Source of the DNA: an uncultured bacterium
GTDB lineage: Bacteria > Chloroflexota > UBA5177 > JANWHV01
Reading direction: 5' to 3'
Assembly: GCA_963827235.1 (NCBI GenBank)
Contig: CAWHAE010000012.1
Location: 1,504,001-1,568,000 of the forward strand
Length of the DNA stretch: 64,000 bases
Below, piece by piece: positions 29,350 to 38,953 of the stretch. Position numbers and translations under genes: made by a program. The notes below the pieces were generated by a model, which saw nothing but the letters and a program-made list of their open reading frames with translations, was not told where the DNA came from and did not search any database. The first letter of the stretch is position 1. Each line of letters begins with the position of its first letter.

Positions 29350-30021
29350 ATGCCGACAATACTGATCGCGGACGACGACCACAAGATCACCGATATGCTG
29401 CGCCGCACGCTGACGTACGAAGGGTACAGCGTGGTCACGGCCGCGGATGGGCAGGAAGCACTGGATCAGGCGCAGGCGCATCGCCCGGACCTGGTCGTGC
29501 TGGATTGGATGATGCCCAAGCTCGACGGCATTGAGGTAGCCCGCCGCCTGCGGGCCGTCGACACGACGCCGATCCTGATGCTGACCGCGCGCGATGCGAT
29601 CGAGGACCGCGTGGAAGGGCTGGATCGCGGTGCCGATGATTATCTGGTCAAGCCCTTTGCCCCGGCGGAGCTTCTGGCCAGGATCCGCTCGCTGCTGCGG
29701 CGGCTGGCGCCCGAGGGGGAAAAGGCGCTCCGCTATCTGGACCTGGTGCTGGACCCCGCTTCGCGCGAGACGCGCCGGGGGGAGCGTGTGTTCTCGCTCA
29801 GTCCCAAGGAATTCGATCTGCTTTCCTTCCTGATGCGCCACCCCCGGCAGGTGCTCACGCGTGACAGCATCCTGCAGGAAGTCTGGGGCTACGATTTCGG
29901 CGGTGAAGACGCCGTGCTCGACGTCTACATCGGCTACCTGCGGTCGAAGACGGAGGCAGCCGGGGAGCAGCGTCTGATCCAGACCGTGCGCGGTGTCGGC
30001 TACGTATTGCGTGAAGGGTAG
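29350..30021 (+). CDS. OmpR/MprA-like response regulator
   Basis: ILIADDD, LDWMMP, GADDYLVKPF, VYIGYLRSK, IQTVRGVGY. Confidence 0.95.
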   Translation: MPTILIADDDHKITDMLRRTLTYEGYSVVTAADGQEALDQAQAHRPDLVVLDWMMPKLDGIEVARRLRAVDTTPILMLTARDAIEDRVEGLDRGADDYLVKPFAPAELLARIRSLLRRLAPEGEKALRYLDLVLDPASRETRRGERVFSLSPKEFDLLSFLMRHPRQVLTRDSILQEVWGYDFGGEDAVLDVYIGYLRSKTEAAGEQRLIQTVRGVGYVLREG

Positions 30022-30097
30022 CGGGCCGGCGCGTGAATTGCGGGCCGTCGCTGCAGCAGCCGTGCGTGCGAGCGCACTGAGTAGGTAAGGTGTCCCG

Positions 30098-31582
30098 GTG
30101 TCGATCCGCTTTCGCCTGACCGTGCTGTACAGCGCCATCGTGGCGCTGACGATCGTCGCCTTCGGCATCAGCCTGTACCTGGTGGTGTCGCACATCACGT
30201 TCGACCTTGCCAGCAGCTCACTCGACTCGGAGACGCGCGGCCTCATCCCGACCATTGCCGTGCCCCGGCCCGACAAGTTCGGTGGTTCCGGCGGGTCCGG
30301 CGGGTCCTACAGCCTGGCAATTCTGCCCAGTTTCGCCTGGCCCGAGCCGTACGCTCAGGTGCTCAACACCGACGGCACGCTCTTCTACCAATCGCCTGCC
30401 CTGCAAGCTGCCGGCCTGGTACTGCCCCTGGACAAGGCAACGCGGCAGGTGCTCCTCACGGCTTCCGTCCGTTCCGTAGAATCGACCATCGTGCTCAGCG
30501 GCACGCGCTACGTGGTGTGCGCGGTACCGATCAAGTACCAGTTCCGGAACGGACCGGGCGGCAACGAACCGGGCGGCAATGCACCCACCAGTAACGCGCC
30601 AATCGGCATTCTGCAGATGGCGCGCTCGCTGCACGACGTCGATCGCACGCTCGACACCTTGCGGAACGGGCTTTTCCTGGGCGGCATTCTGGTCACGATC
30701 ATCGCCTTCGGCGCGGGCTGGGTTCTCTCGGGTGCTGCGTTGCGGCCGATCAACCGCATCACGCGGACCGCGCGCGCGATCGGCGTGACCCAGGATTTCG
30801 ACAGGCGCGTCGACTACGTCGGCCCGCAGGACGAGGTGGGGAGGCTGGCCGGCACCTTCAACACCATGCTCAGCCGCCTGCAGGCGGCCTTCCAGGCGCA
30901 GAAGCGCTTCGTGGCCGACGCTTCGCACGAGTTGCGCACGCCCCTGACCACGATCCGGGGCAACCTTGGGCTGCTGCAGCGAGATCCTCCCATAGCGGAC
31001 ACCGATCGAACCGCCGTGCTTGCCGACCTGGTCTCGGAAAGCGAGCGTCTCAGCCGCCTAGTGAGCGATCTGCTCACCCTGGCGCGCAGCGATGCCGGCA
31101 GGCCGTTGCGGAACGAGCGGGTCGCGCTCGTTCCGCTGGTGGAGGAGGTCGTGCGCAAGCTGGCAGTCCTGCACCCCGACCGGTTGATCCACGAGGAATC
31201 GGAAGCCGATCCCATCGTCATGGGCGATCAGGACTCCATCACACAGGTTGTGTTCATCCTGCTGGACAACGCGCTCAAGTTCACGCCTGCCGACGGCAGC
31301 GTCACGGTGTCCGTGCTGTCGCGCGACAAGAGCGCCACGCTGATGGTGAAAGACACCGGCGCGGGCATCTCTCGAGAGGTGCTGCCGCACATCTTCGATC
31401 GCTTCTACCAGGGTGACACCGCGCGGGCGAGCTCAGGATCCGGGCTCGGCCTGGCCATCGCCAAGGTACTGGTCGAGGGCCAGCACGGCACCATCGGCGT
31501 GCAGAGCCAGGAAGGCCGTGGAGCGACGTTTACCGTCACGCTCCCCTGCTGGAGCGAGCCCGTGAAAGAGCCCGCGAAGTAG
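30098..31582 (+). CDS. HAMP sensor histidine kinase (MprB-like)
   Basis: Two TM segments, HAMP, FVADASHELRTPL, LLDNALKF, GSGLGLAI. Confidence 0.95.
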   Translation: MSIRFRLTVLYSAIVALTIVAFGISLYLVVSHITFDLASSSLDSETRGLIPTIAVPRPDKFGGSGGSGGSYSLAILPSFAWPEPYAQVLNTDGTLFYQSPALQAAGLVLPLDKATRQVLLTASVRSVESTIVLSGTRYVVCAVPIKYQFRNGPGGNEPGGNAPTSNAPIGILQMARSLHDVDRTLDTLRNGLFLGGILVTIIAFGAGWVLSGAALRPINRITRTARAIGVTQDFDRRVDYVGPQDEVGRLAGTFNTMLSRLQAAFQAQKRFVADASHELRTPLTTIRGNLGLLQRDPPIADTDRTAVLADLVSESERLSRLVSDLLTLARSDAGRPLRNERVALVPLVEEVVRKLAVLHPDRLIHEESEADPIVMGDQDSITQVVFILLDNALKFTPADGSVTVSVLSRDKSATLMVKDTGAGISREVLPHIFDRFYQGDTARASSGSGLGLAIAKVLVEGQHGTIGVQSQEGRGATFTVTLPCWSEPVKEPAK

Positions 31583-31794
31583 CCGGTTTCGCACACCTCC
31601 CGGGTGCCGTTCCGGCCTGCGCCGGGCTGCTGCCGGTGCCGTTGTCACCTGCCGTCTACCTGATTTGGCGGTTGCGTCCGGTACGCACTTCTGATAGTGG
31701 TTAAAGAAGCGCGTTCAGGCGTCCACGACACGGTGGGGTCGCGGCAGCATGCCATTGCCGGCTTCTACCGCGCGCGGGACTCAGGAGGTGGATT

Positions 31795-33765
31795 GTGCAC
31801 GGCCGACTCGTGTCTGCCGGCCGGCGGCCGGCGACGATCGCAGGCGCCGCCAATCTTGCCAAGGCTGACGCCGGGGTGCCTCGGGCGTACGCTCTCGGCC
31901 CCGGCGCCGATCTCTCCGTTCGAGCCGACGTGCAGCGCATGCGCGGCGTGGCCATCGACGGCCTCTTGATGCCCCTGATCTTCGTGGCCGCTCCCCTGCT
32001 CCTCTGGTCTCTCGCGCATCCCGCGCACCGCGGCGGCATGGGCCTCAGCGAGTACGTGCAGACTGGAAGCATGATCTGCGCCCTGCTCGTCTACGTGGGC
32101 CGGCGGAGATTGAGCGTGTCCATCAAGTCCGCCTTTCTGGCCGGCGTGTGGCTCGTTCTTGCCTTCCAGGGACTGTGGACCTATGGCGCCGCCGGCACCG
32201 GTATGAGCTATCTGATCGTCTTCGTCCTGCTGGCGACGTTCTTTTTCGGCCTGCGCGGCGGTCTCGTCGCCGGTGCATTGGCGCTGATTGAAGTGAGCGT
32301 CTGCCTCGCGGCGGTGCTCACCGGCCGGGTGAGCTTTTCGTCGATCGATCTCAACGCGTACGCGAAGGACCCAACGGTCTGGATCGGCCTGGTACTGATG
32401 ACGATCGTTCTGGCCACGGTCGTCGTCTTCATTGCCGTACGGCTTTACCGCGCCCTGCTCGAGGCACTGCGCAGCTCCCACACCCGGCTGGCCGAGCTGC
32501 AGACGATGACCGCCGAGCGCGTGGAGCAAGCAGCCGAGGCCAGGGCCCTGGCCGACGCGAGTGCCGCCGTGGCCACCACCCTGGAGCCCCAACAGCTCTG
32601 CGACATCATCCTGGAGCATATGACGCGCGTCGTGCCCTGCGACATGGCGGTGATCCTCGCCTATGACCAAGGCTGGGCGGTCGTCATGTCGAGCAGAGGA
32701 GAGCCTCGCATGGAACCCGGCACCCGCGTCGCCGGGGTGAGCTCGGGAGCCTGGTACTTCCCGCAATCCGGGGATGCCGCCCAGCTCGCCGGCGATTTGC
32801 GCGACGACCCGGACCGCCTGCCTCCTCCGTGGACTGGCGAGCACGAGATGCGAAGCGTGATTGTCCTGCCGCTCGTCATGCGGAGTACCGTCTACGGCTG
32901 CCTGAGCATCGGCAGTCTTGCCCCACACGCCCTTACCGAGCGCCACGTGCCGCTTGCCGTCGGCTTCGGCGAGCGTGTCGCCCAGGCATTATGGAACGCC
33001 CATCTCTACCGGCTGGAGCAGGAACGAGCGCGGGCGGCCGAACAGCTCGCGTTCCTCAAGGGTGAGTTTGTCACCACGGTCAGCCACGAACTGCGGACCC
33101 CGCTTGCCGCGGTTCTCGGCTACGCCGAGCTGCTGGACGGCCGATGGGACGACCTCGACGACGCCCGCCGGCGGTCGCACGTGAAGCGCATCGTGAGCGG
33201 CGCCATCCGCCAGCAGCAGCTCATCGAGAACCTGCTTCATCTGGACAGGCTCGATACCACGGCGGTGTTGCTCTCCTGTGAGCCGGTGCCCGTCGATGCC
33301 ATCCTCACCCAGGCGATCGAGGACTTGCGGGACAGCTATCCCGGTCAGCGCGTAGCGTGCGACGTCGAGGACGGTCTGGTTGTCGTCGCGGACGCCGCAC
33401 ACGCCAGGCAGATAGTGGGAAACCTGCTCGACAACGCGGCCAAGTATTCCGACGAAGGCAGTCCCATCACTTTGAATGCCACGCGCGAGGATCGGGCGAT
33501 TGCCATCCGCGTGCGCGATTTTGGACGCGGAATCCCCGAGGCCAGCCGTCCCCTGCTCTTCACCCGCTTTGGCCGCCTGCCCGGAAGCCGCATCCGTGCC
33601 GGGCGGGTGGGGACGGGCCTCGGGCTCTACCTGAGCCGCGAGTTCGCGGCGGCGATGGGCGGGTCGCTCGACCTGGAGACGACCGGTCCCAACGGGAGCG
33701 TTTTCTGCCTGCATTTGCCCTGCTCTGCCGAGCAGCCGGGCGTGGCCGTTCGCCAGGTGGGCTGA
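31795..33765 (+). CDS. Orphan membrane GAF-domain histidine kinase
   Basis: Multi-TM N-terminus, GAF region, VSHELRTPL, NLLDNAAKYS, GTGLGLYLSR; AGGAGG RBS. Confidence 0.9.
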   Translation: MHGRLVSAGRRPATIAGAANLAKADAGVPRAYALGPGADLSVRADVQRMRGVAIDGLLMPLIFVAAPLLLWSLAHPAHRGGMGLSEYVQTGSMICALLVYVGRRRLSVSIKSAFLAGVWLVLAFQGLWTYGAAGTGMSYLIVFVLLATFFFGLRGGLVAGALALIEVSVCLAAVLTGRVSFSSIDLNAYAKDPTVWIGLVLMTIVLATVVVFIAVRLYRALLEALRSSHTRLAELQTMTAERVEQAAEARALADASAAVATTLEPQQLCDIILEHMTRVVPCDMAVILAYDQGWAVVMSSRGEPRMEPGTRVAGVSSGAWYFPQSGDAAQLAGDLRDDPDRLPPPWTGEHEMRSVIVLPLVMRSTVYGCLSIGSLAPHALTERHVPLAVGFGERVAQALWNAHLYRLEQERARAAEQLAFLKGEFVTTVSHELRTPLAAVLGYAELLDGRWDDLDDARRRSHVKRIVSGAIRQQQLIENLLHLDRLDTTAVLLSCEPVPVDAILTQAIEDLRDSYPGQRVACDVEDGLVVVADAAHARQIVGNLLDNAAKYSDEGSPITLNATREDRAIAIRVRDFGRGIPEASRPLLFTRFGRLPGSRIRAGRVGTGLGLYLSREFAAAMGGSLDLETTGPNGSVFCLHLPCSAEQPGVAVRQVG

Positions 33766-33981
33766 CAGCCTTTCGCCCGCCGGGGGAGTCGCCCCTCCCG
33801 CTCACCTGCCATGACAACCCGTTCAAGGCTCGGTCTGCCACCGCACGCTATAGGCACCAAATGCCCCGCGATGGCACAATGAGCTGAAGGATCGTCGAAT
33901 CGGGCGCCCGTCGAGCCATCGCGGGCGTTCTCGCGGCGGGGTGCAACCGCTGTTCTCGTAGCGCGCAAGAAGGATCTCCCA

Positions 33982-34872
33982 GTGCCCAGGCCGGCCAGAG
34001 TCGACAAGCTGCAGCGTCTCAAGGAGCTGGCCGCCCAGCCGGAGGCCGGGATCGACTACGCGCTGACGCTGATCGCGAGCGAGTCCCGCCAGGACATCCT
34101 GGAAGAGGCACTCGCCGTGCTGGCGACCGCACCCGACGACACGCGCGTGCGCGCGGCGATCCTGGCCGCCTACGAGCGCTTCGAGAGCGCCGCCGGGCGA
34201 GGCGACCAGGGGTGCTATGGACGCGTGGCGCTCCTGAAGGCCCTCAGACCGCTGGCTCGGCGTGACGACGGCGCGCTGCTGGCCCGCGCTGCCTCCACCT
34301 ACGAGTTCCTGCCTCCGGGCCGCTCGGAAGTCGCGACGGCACTGCGCTCCGTTGCCCTGGTGGTGCTCAACGACGTCGACGAGCAGATTGCCGCTTATCA
34401 CGCCAGCCGCCTGCTGACGGACCAGCACACGTCCTCGCTCTCCGGCGAGCCCGCGGTCACTGCCGCGCAGACGCTGGCGGCGCAGGGACAATATCTGATC
34501 CTTTATGCATACGCGGTGCGCACCGACGGTGCCGTCATGCCGGAGATCGTGGCCGAATGCCTCCGCAACCTCCGCGGCGTGCCGCTCTCGGTGCTCTGGC
34601 CGCTGGTGGACCGCTACGGTGAGTCGCCGCACGAGATCATCGTGCTCGGCCTCTTCGAGGTGCTCCTGGAGCATCCGGAGCGCCGGGCATTCGTGCCCCA
34701 CATCGTCCAGTTCCTGCGCGAGACCATGCGCATGGACCTCTATCGCTGGCTGGTCAACACGGCGTTGACGAGCAGGGAGCAAAACCTGATCGCCGCCATC
34801 AAGAGCCTCGAGCGCGAGGAGCGCGATCCGCGCAAGCTGGCGATTCTGCACGACGCACTCGCCCTGAGATAG
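33982..34872 (+). CDS. Alpha-helical (HEAT-repeat-like) hypothetical protein
   Basis: Leu/Ala-rich helical repeats, AAGGA RBS, typical codon usage. Confidence 0.7.
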   Translation: MPRPARVDKLQRLKELAAQPEAGIDYALTLIASESRQDILEEALAVLATAPDDTRVRAAILAAYERFESAAGRGDQGCYGRVALLKALRPLARRDDGALLARAASTYEFLPPGRSEVATALRSVALVVLNDVDEQIAAYHASRLLTDQHTSSLSGEPAVTAAQTLAAQGQYLILYAYAVRTDGAVMPEIVAECLRNLRGVPLSVLWPLVDRYGESPHEIIVLGLFEVLLEHPERRAFVPHIVQFLRETMRMDLYRWLVNTALTSREQNLIAAIKSLEREERDPRKLAILHDALALR

Positions 34873-34931
34873 ACGCCCAGATCCCTGCGCTCGAGCAGCT
34901 CTCGCAGGATACATAGTTGGAGGCGACCGCC

Positions 34932-36329
34932 ATGACGGCCACACAGCAGACCATCTCCCCGATCGACGGCACGCTCTGCGTCGAGCGGCCGCTTGCAACC
35001 CCGGAGCAGATCGACCGCGCGCTGGACGAGGCGACGCGGGCACAGCGCGAATGGAAGACCGTGCCGATTGCCGAACGAGCGGCGTATTGCCTGGCCATGG
35101 TCGAGGCCGTCGTGGCGAAGGCCGACGAGCTGGGTCTCGAGCTGACCAGGCAGATGGGCCGTCCCATGCGCTACACGCCGAACGAGATTCGCCGCGGCTT
35201 CGACGAGCGTGCCCGCTACATGATTGCCGCCGCCGAGCAGGCGCTTGCCGACATCCGGATGGAGGCGAAACAGGGCTTCACCCGCTTCATCCGCCGGGAG
35301 CCGCTCGGCGTGGTGCTCACCCTGGCTCCCTGGAACTATCCCTATCTCACCTCCGTCAATGCGGTCATTCCCGCCATCATGGCGGGCAACACGGTCATTC
35401 TCAAGCACTCCAACCAGACGCCGTTGTGCGCCGAGCGCTTCGCCGAGGCCTTCAAGGCCGCCGGTCTGCCGCGCGGCGTGTTCCAGTACCTGCACATGGA
35501 TCATGGCGACGTCGGCAGGGCGATCGGCGACCCTCGCATCGGGTACGTCGCCTTCACCGGATCGGTCGAGGGAGGGCACGCGGTGGTGGAGGCGGCCCGG
35601 CGGCGGTTCCTCAACATGGGCCTGGAGCTTGGCGGCAAGGATCCGGCCTACGTGCGCGCGGATGCCGACATGGAGCACGCGATCGAGAACCTGGTCGACG
35701 GCGCCATGTTCAACTCCGGCCAGTCCTGCTGCGGCATCGAGCGCATCTACGTGCACGAGGCCGTGTTCGACGACTTCGTGGACGGTTACGTCGACCTGAC
35801 CCGCCGCTACACGTTGGGCAATCCTCTCGACGCTGCCACCACGCTGGGGCCGATGGTTCGCACCGGGGCGGCGCAGTTCGTGCGCGCGCAGATCGCCGAG
35901 GCGGTGGAGCGGGGGGCGCGTGCTCTCGTCGATCCGGCGCAGTTTCCGGCCAACCGAGAAGGCACGCCCTACCTCGCTCCGCAGGTACTGGTCGACGTGG
36001 AGCACTCCATGCGCGTGATGAGCGAGGAGACCTTCGGGCCGGTGGTCGGCATCATGCCCGTCTCCGGCGACGACGAGGCTATCCGCCTGATGAACGACAG
36101 CAGGTACGGTCTCACGGCGGCAATCTGGACCGCCGACGTGGACGCGGCAATCGCGATCGGCGACCAGATCGACACGGGCACGTGGTTCATGAATCGCTGC
36201 GACTACCTCGATCCGGCCCTCGCCTGGACCGGTGTGAAGGACTCGGGTCGCGGCTGCACGCTGTCTACCGTGGGCTACGAGTACCTGACGCGGCCCAAAT
36301 CGTATCACCTGCGCACGTCGACCAGGTAG
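34932..36329 (+). CDS. Aldehyde dehydrogenase
   Basis: APWNYP, FTGS, LELGGKD, FNSGQSC, EETFGPV. Confidence 0.95.
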   Translation: MTATQQTISPIDGTLCVERPLATPEQIDRALDEATRAQREWKTVPIAERAAYCLAMVEAVVAKADELGLELTRQMGRPMRYTPNEIRRGFDERARYMIAAAEQALADIRMEAKQGFTRFIRREPLGVVLTLAPWNYPYLTSVNAVIPAIMAGNTVILKHSNQTPLCAERFAEAFKAAGLPRGVFQYLHMDHGDVGRAIGDPRIGYVAFTGSVEGGHAVVEAARRRFLNMGLELGGKDPAYVRADADMEHAIENLVDGAMFNSGQSCCGIERIYVHEAVFDDFVDGYVDLTRRYTLGNPLDAATTLGPMVRTGAAQFVRAQIAEAVERGARALVDPAQFPANREGTPYLAPQVLVDVEHSMRVMSEETFGPVVGIMPVSGDDEAIRLMNDSRYGLTAAIWTADVDAAIAIGDQIDTGTWFMNRCDYLDPALAWTGVKDSGRGCTLSTVGYEYLTRPKSYHLRTSTR

Positions 36330-36344
36330 AGCGGCCGGCCTTTC

Positions 36345-36406
36345 TTGACATGCTCTTCGGCCGGACTGTAGCATCGGTTATTCCGGCGAGCAGTGAAAGG
36401 CCTTTC
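36345..36406 (+). promoter_or_regulatory. Promoter and LacI-type operator of the first LacI paralogue
   Basis: TTGACA-18-TAGCAT, then palindrome GAAAGGCCTTTC (36395-36406), also present at 38864. Confidence 0.7.
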
Positions 36407-36498
36407 CCGCGGCAGCGGACCCGCTTCCGCTTGAACGTGCGTCTTTACGCTCGCAGAGGAAGCCGTCACCCGACCAGCAGGAGCGCGGAGCTGCCAGA

Positions 36499-37569
36499 GT
36501 GGAGGATGCTGGAACCGAACAGCCGGCCACGGGCACACTGCGTAACCCCACCCTGCAGGATGTGGCGCGCATGGCGGGGGTAGCGATCGGCACGGCCTCC
36601 AAGGCGTTGAACGGCGTGGGGAAGCTCAAGCCCGAGACGCGCCGGCGCGTGCAAGAGGCCGCCGAGCAGCTGGGATTCCGTCCGAACGACCTGGCGCAGA
36701 GCCTGATGCGCGGCCGCACGTTCACGGTCGGCCTGCTGACTACCGACAGTTACGGGCGCTTCAGCATTCCGGTGATGATGGGAATCGAGGACGCGCTGGG
36801 GCCGTCGCAGATATCGGTGTTCCTGTGCGACGCGCGGGATAATCCCGAGCGCGAGCAGAAGTACGTCCACGCCCTGCTGGCCAAACGAGTGGATGGGATC
36901 ATCGTCACTGCTCGCCGCACCGATCTGCGCCCTGCCATCGACCTGGGCCGTGCGCACGTGCCCGTCGCCTACGTCTATACTCATGTCTCGGATCCCGACG
37001 CGCTGTGCATATTGCCGGACGACACGCAAGGCGGCCGTCTCGCCACGGAACACCTGCTGCAAACGGGCCGCCGGCATCTTGCGCACATCACCGGTCCGCT
37101 GCGCTTCGAAGCGGCCTGGCAGCGCCTCGAGGGAATGAGGGCCGCAATGCGGGAAAGCGGTCTCGACCTGCAGGATGAGCGGATCGCGGCCGGGGCCTGG
37201 GAGGAGCGGTGGGCACGCGAGGCCGCTAGCTGCCTGCTGGCACGCGATCCGGAGATCGACGGCATCTTCTGCGGCAGCGACCAGCTTGCCCGCGGCGTTC
37301 TCGACGCACTGCACGATCGCGGCCTGCGCGTACCGGACGACGTGGCACTAGTCGGCTACGACAACTGGGAAGTGCTGGCGACCTCCGGCCGCACGCAGAT
37401 CACCAGCGTGGATATGAACCTCTCCGAGCTCGGGCGCTATGCCGGCGCGCGGTTGCTCGCCATGATCGCGGGCGAGCAGGCCTCGGGCACGATCCGTCTA
37501 CCCTGCCGCCTGGTGGTCAGGGAGTCGAGCGGACCGCGTTCGGCGCGGGCATCGACGAGCTCAGAATAG
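36499..37569 (+). CDS. LacI family transcriptional regulator (paralogue 1)
   Basis: TLQDVARMAGVAIGTASKALN, RVPDDVALVGYD. Confidence 0.93.
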   Translation: MEDAGTEQPATGTLRNPTLQDVARMAGVAIGTASKALNGVGKLKPETRRRVQEAAEQLGFRPNDLAQSLMRGRTFTVGLLTTDSYGRFSIPVMMGIEDALGPSQISVFLCDARDNPEREQKYVHALLAKRVDGIIVTARRTDLRPAIDLGRAHVPVAYVYTHVSDPDALCILPDDTQGGRLATEHLLQTGRRHLAHITGPLRFEAAWQRLEGMRAAMRESGLDLQDERIAAGAWEERWAREAASCLLARDPEIDGIFCGSDQLARGVLDALHDRGLRVPDDVALVGYDNWEVLATSGRTQITSVDMNLSELGRYAGARLLAMIAGEQASGTIRLPCRLVVRESSGPRSARASTSSE

Positions 37570-37676
37570 GAACGGAAGAGGATCCGGCTGCGCGGGCCCG
37601 ACGGCTGTGCCGTGCCTGCTCCTTTGCGGCGCTGCACGATGGCGGCAAGCTATGACAATGTACGGGAGGTTTGACG

Positions 37677-38213
37677 ATGGCCACTGCCTCCAACGCATTT
37701 CCGCCGCGCTCGCCTGCCCCCTGGGCTGAGGTGGTACCCGGTGACGGTCCGGTGACGGTCGATCTGCTGCTGACGCTGCCCGACGACGGATACACGTACG
37801 AGGTCGTGGAAGGGATCTTAGTGCGCATGGCCGGAAGCGGTGATGAAGCAACTAACCTCGGGCTGCACTTGGGCGCGCGCCTGTTTGACTACGTTTTCAG
37901 CCACCGTCTTGGCCGCGTGACCGGTGCCGATGGCGTCTACAAGCTCCCGGGCGCCGAGACGGGCCTCGTCCCGGACGTAGGCTTCTGCCGCGCTGAACGC
38001 CGTGCGCAGATCGTGGACAAGACGAAACCCGTCCCCTTCGCCCCGGATCTGGCGGTGGAGGTTGTGTCACTCGATCAGTGGGCGAACGCGATGGCGGCCA
38101 AGGCTCGTCGCTATCTGCGGGCGGGCACCCACCTCCTCTGGGCCATCTGGCCGCCTCGCTCAGAGAACGACGGAATGATCATAGAGCGCAGGAATCCGGC
38201 ACTGGTGACATAG
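37677..38213 (+). CDS. Uma2 family PD-(D/E)XK nuclease-like protein, C-terminus apparently truncated
   Basis: YEVVEGIL, LVPDVGF, APDLAVEVVS, YLRAGTHLLW; similarity stops after IWP. Confidence 0.8.
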   Translation: MATASNAFPPRSPAPWAEVVPGDGPVTVDLLLTLPDDGYTYEVVEGILVRMAGSGDEATNLGLHLGARLFDYVFSHRLGRVTGADGVYKLPGAETGLVPDVGFCRAERRAQIVDKTKPVPFAPDLAVEVVSLDQWANAMAAKARRYLRAGTHLLWAIWPPRSENDGMIIERRNPALVT

Positions 38214-38233
38214 CCCCCACGCGCAGCGTCGGG

Positions 38234-38623
38234 TCACGCGGAGGTGGCGACCTTCCACAGGTAGCCGTCCGGGTCGCTGAAGTAGCCGAAGTACCCGCCC
38301 CACTGGGCCGCCGCCGGCGCCCGCACCACGCTGCCGCCCGCCGCTTCAGCCTCGCGCAGGACCTCGTCCACCGTGCCGCGGGAATCGACGATGAAGTGGA
38401 AGGAGACGCCGCGGAAACCGGATCCCTCGGACGGGACCCCGGCGTCCTGCGCGGCTGCCTCCCATTCGTAGAGCGCCAGCGGCGAGGATCCCTCGCCCAG
38501 GCTGAGCGACACGAAGGCGGGATAGTCCGCCGTGATCGCGCAGCCGAGGCCCTCGGCATAGAACTTCTTCGCGCGGGCCAGGTCTTTCACGCCGATCATG
38601 ATGGTGCTTGCCTGCAGTGACAT
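38234..38623 (-). CDS. VOC/glyoxalase family protein
   Basis: IGVKDLARAKKFY, WGGYFGYFSDPDGYLWKV; GGAGG RBS. Confidence 0.92.
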   Translation of the reverse strand: MSLQASTIMIGVKDLARAKKFYAEGLGCAITADYPAFVSLSLGEGSSPLALYEWEAAAQDAGVPSEGSGFRGVSFHFIVDSRGTVDEVLREAEAAGGSVVRAPAAAQWGGYFGYFSDPDGYLWKVATSA

Positions 38624-38821
38624 GGTCGTCCTCCGTTGCGTTGCGTTGCGTGGCTGCACATCGACCGGGCGTTGCCGGTCAACTGTATGACAAGTGACGA
38701 AGCGGTAATGTGACAGGAGGCCGGCGGATGACAGCGCCGCCCACAGGCAATACTACCCCGAGCTGCCCGTCGCGGTGATAACGAGCCATGCCGCTGCTCG
38801 CGCTGGGTGCGTTCGATCCCC

Positions 38822-38918
38822 TTGACATGCCTGCCCCGTGCGCGTAGAATGGCGTCGGTGAAGGAAAGGCCTTTCCTGACGTAGGAAATGGGTTTCCCTG
38901 ATGATGAAACCCATTTCC
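38822..38918 (+). promoter_or_regulatory. Promoter with three LacI-type operator-like sites
   Basis: TTGACA-17-TAGAAT; AGGAAAGGCCTTTCCT (38862-77), GGAAATGGGTTTCC (38884-97), GAAACCCATTTCC (38906-18). Confidence 0.8.
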
Positions 38919-38953
38919 CGAATGCGTGGCGGAAGGCGGTTGCGGGGGCAGCG

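Noticed and set aside
37677-38213. Uma2 gene read as a defence system
   Set aside because: This family is commonly expanded as solo genes; here it is truncated and has no partner genes.
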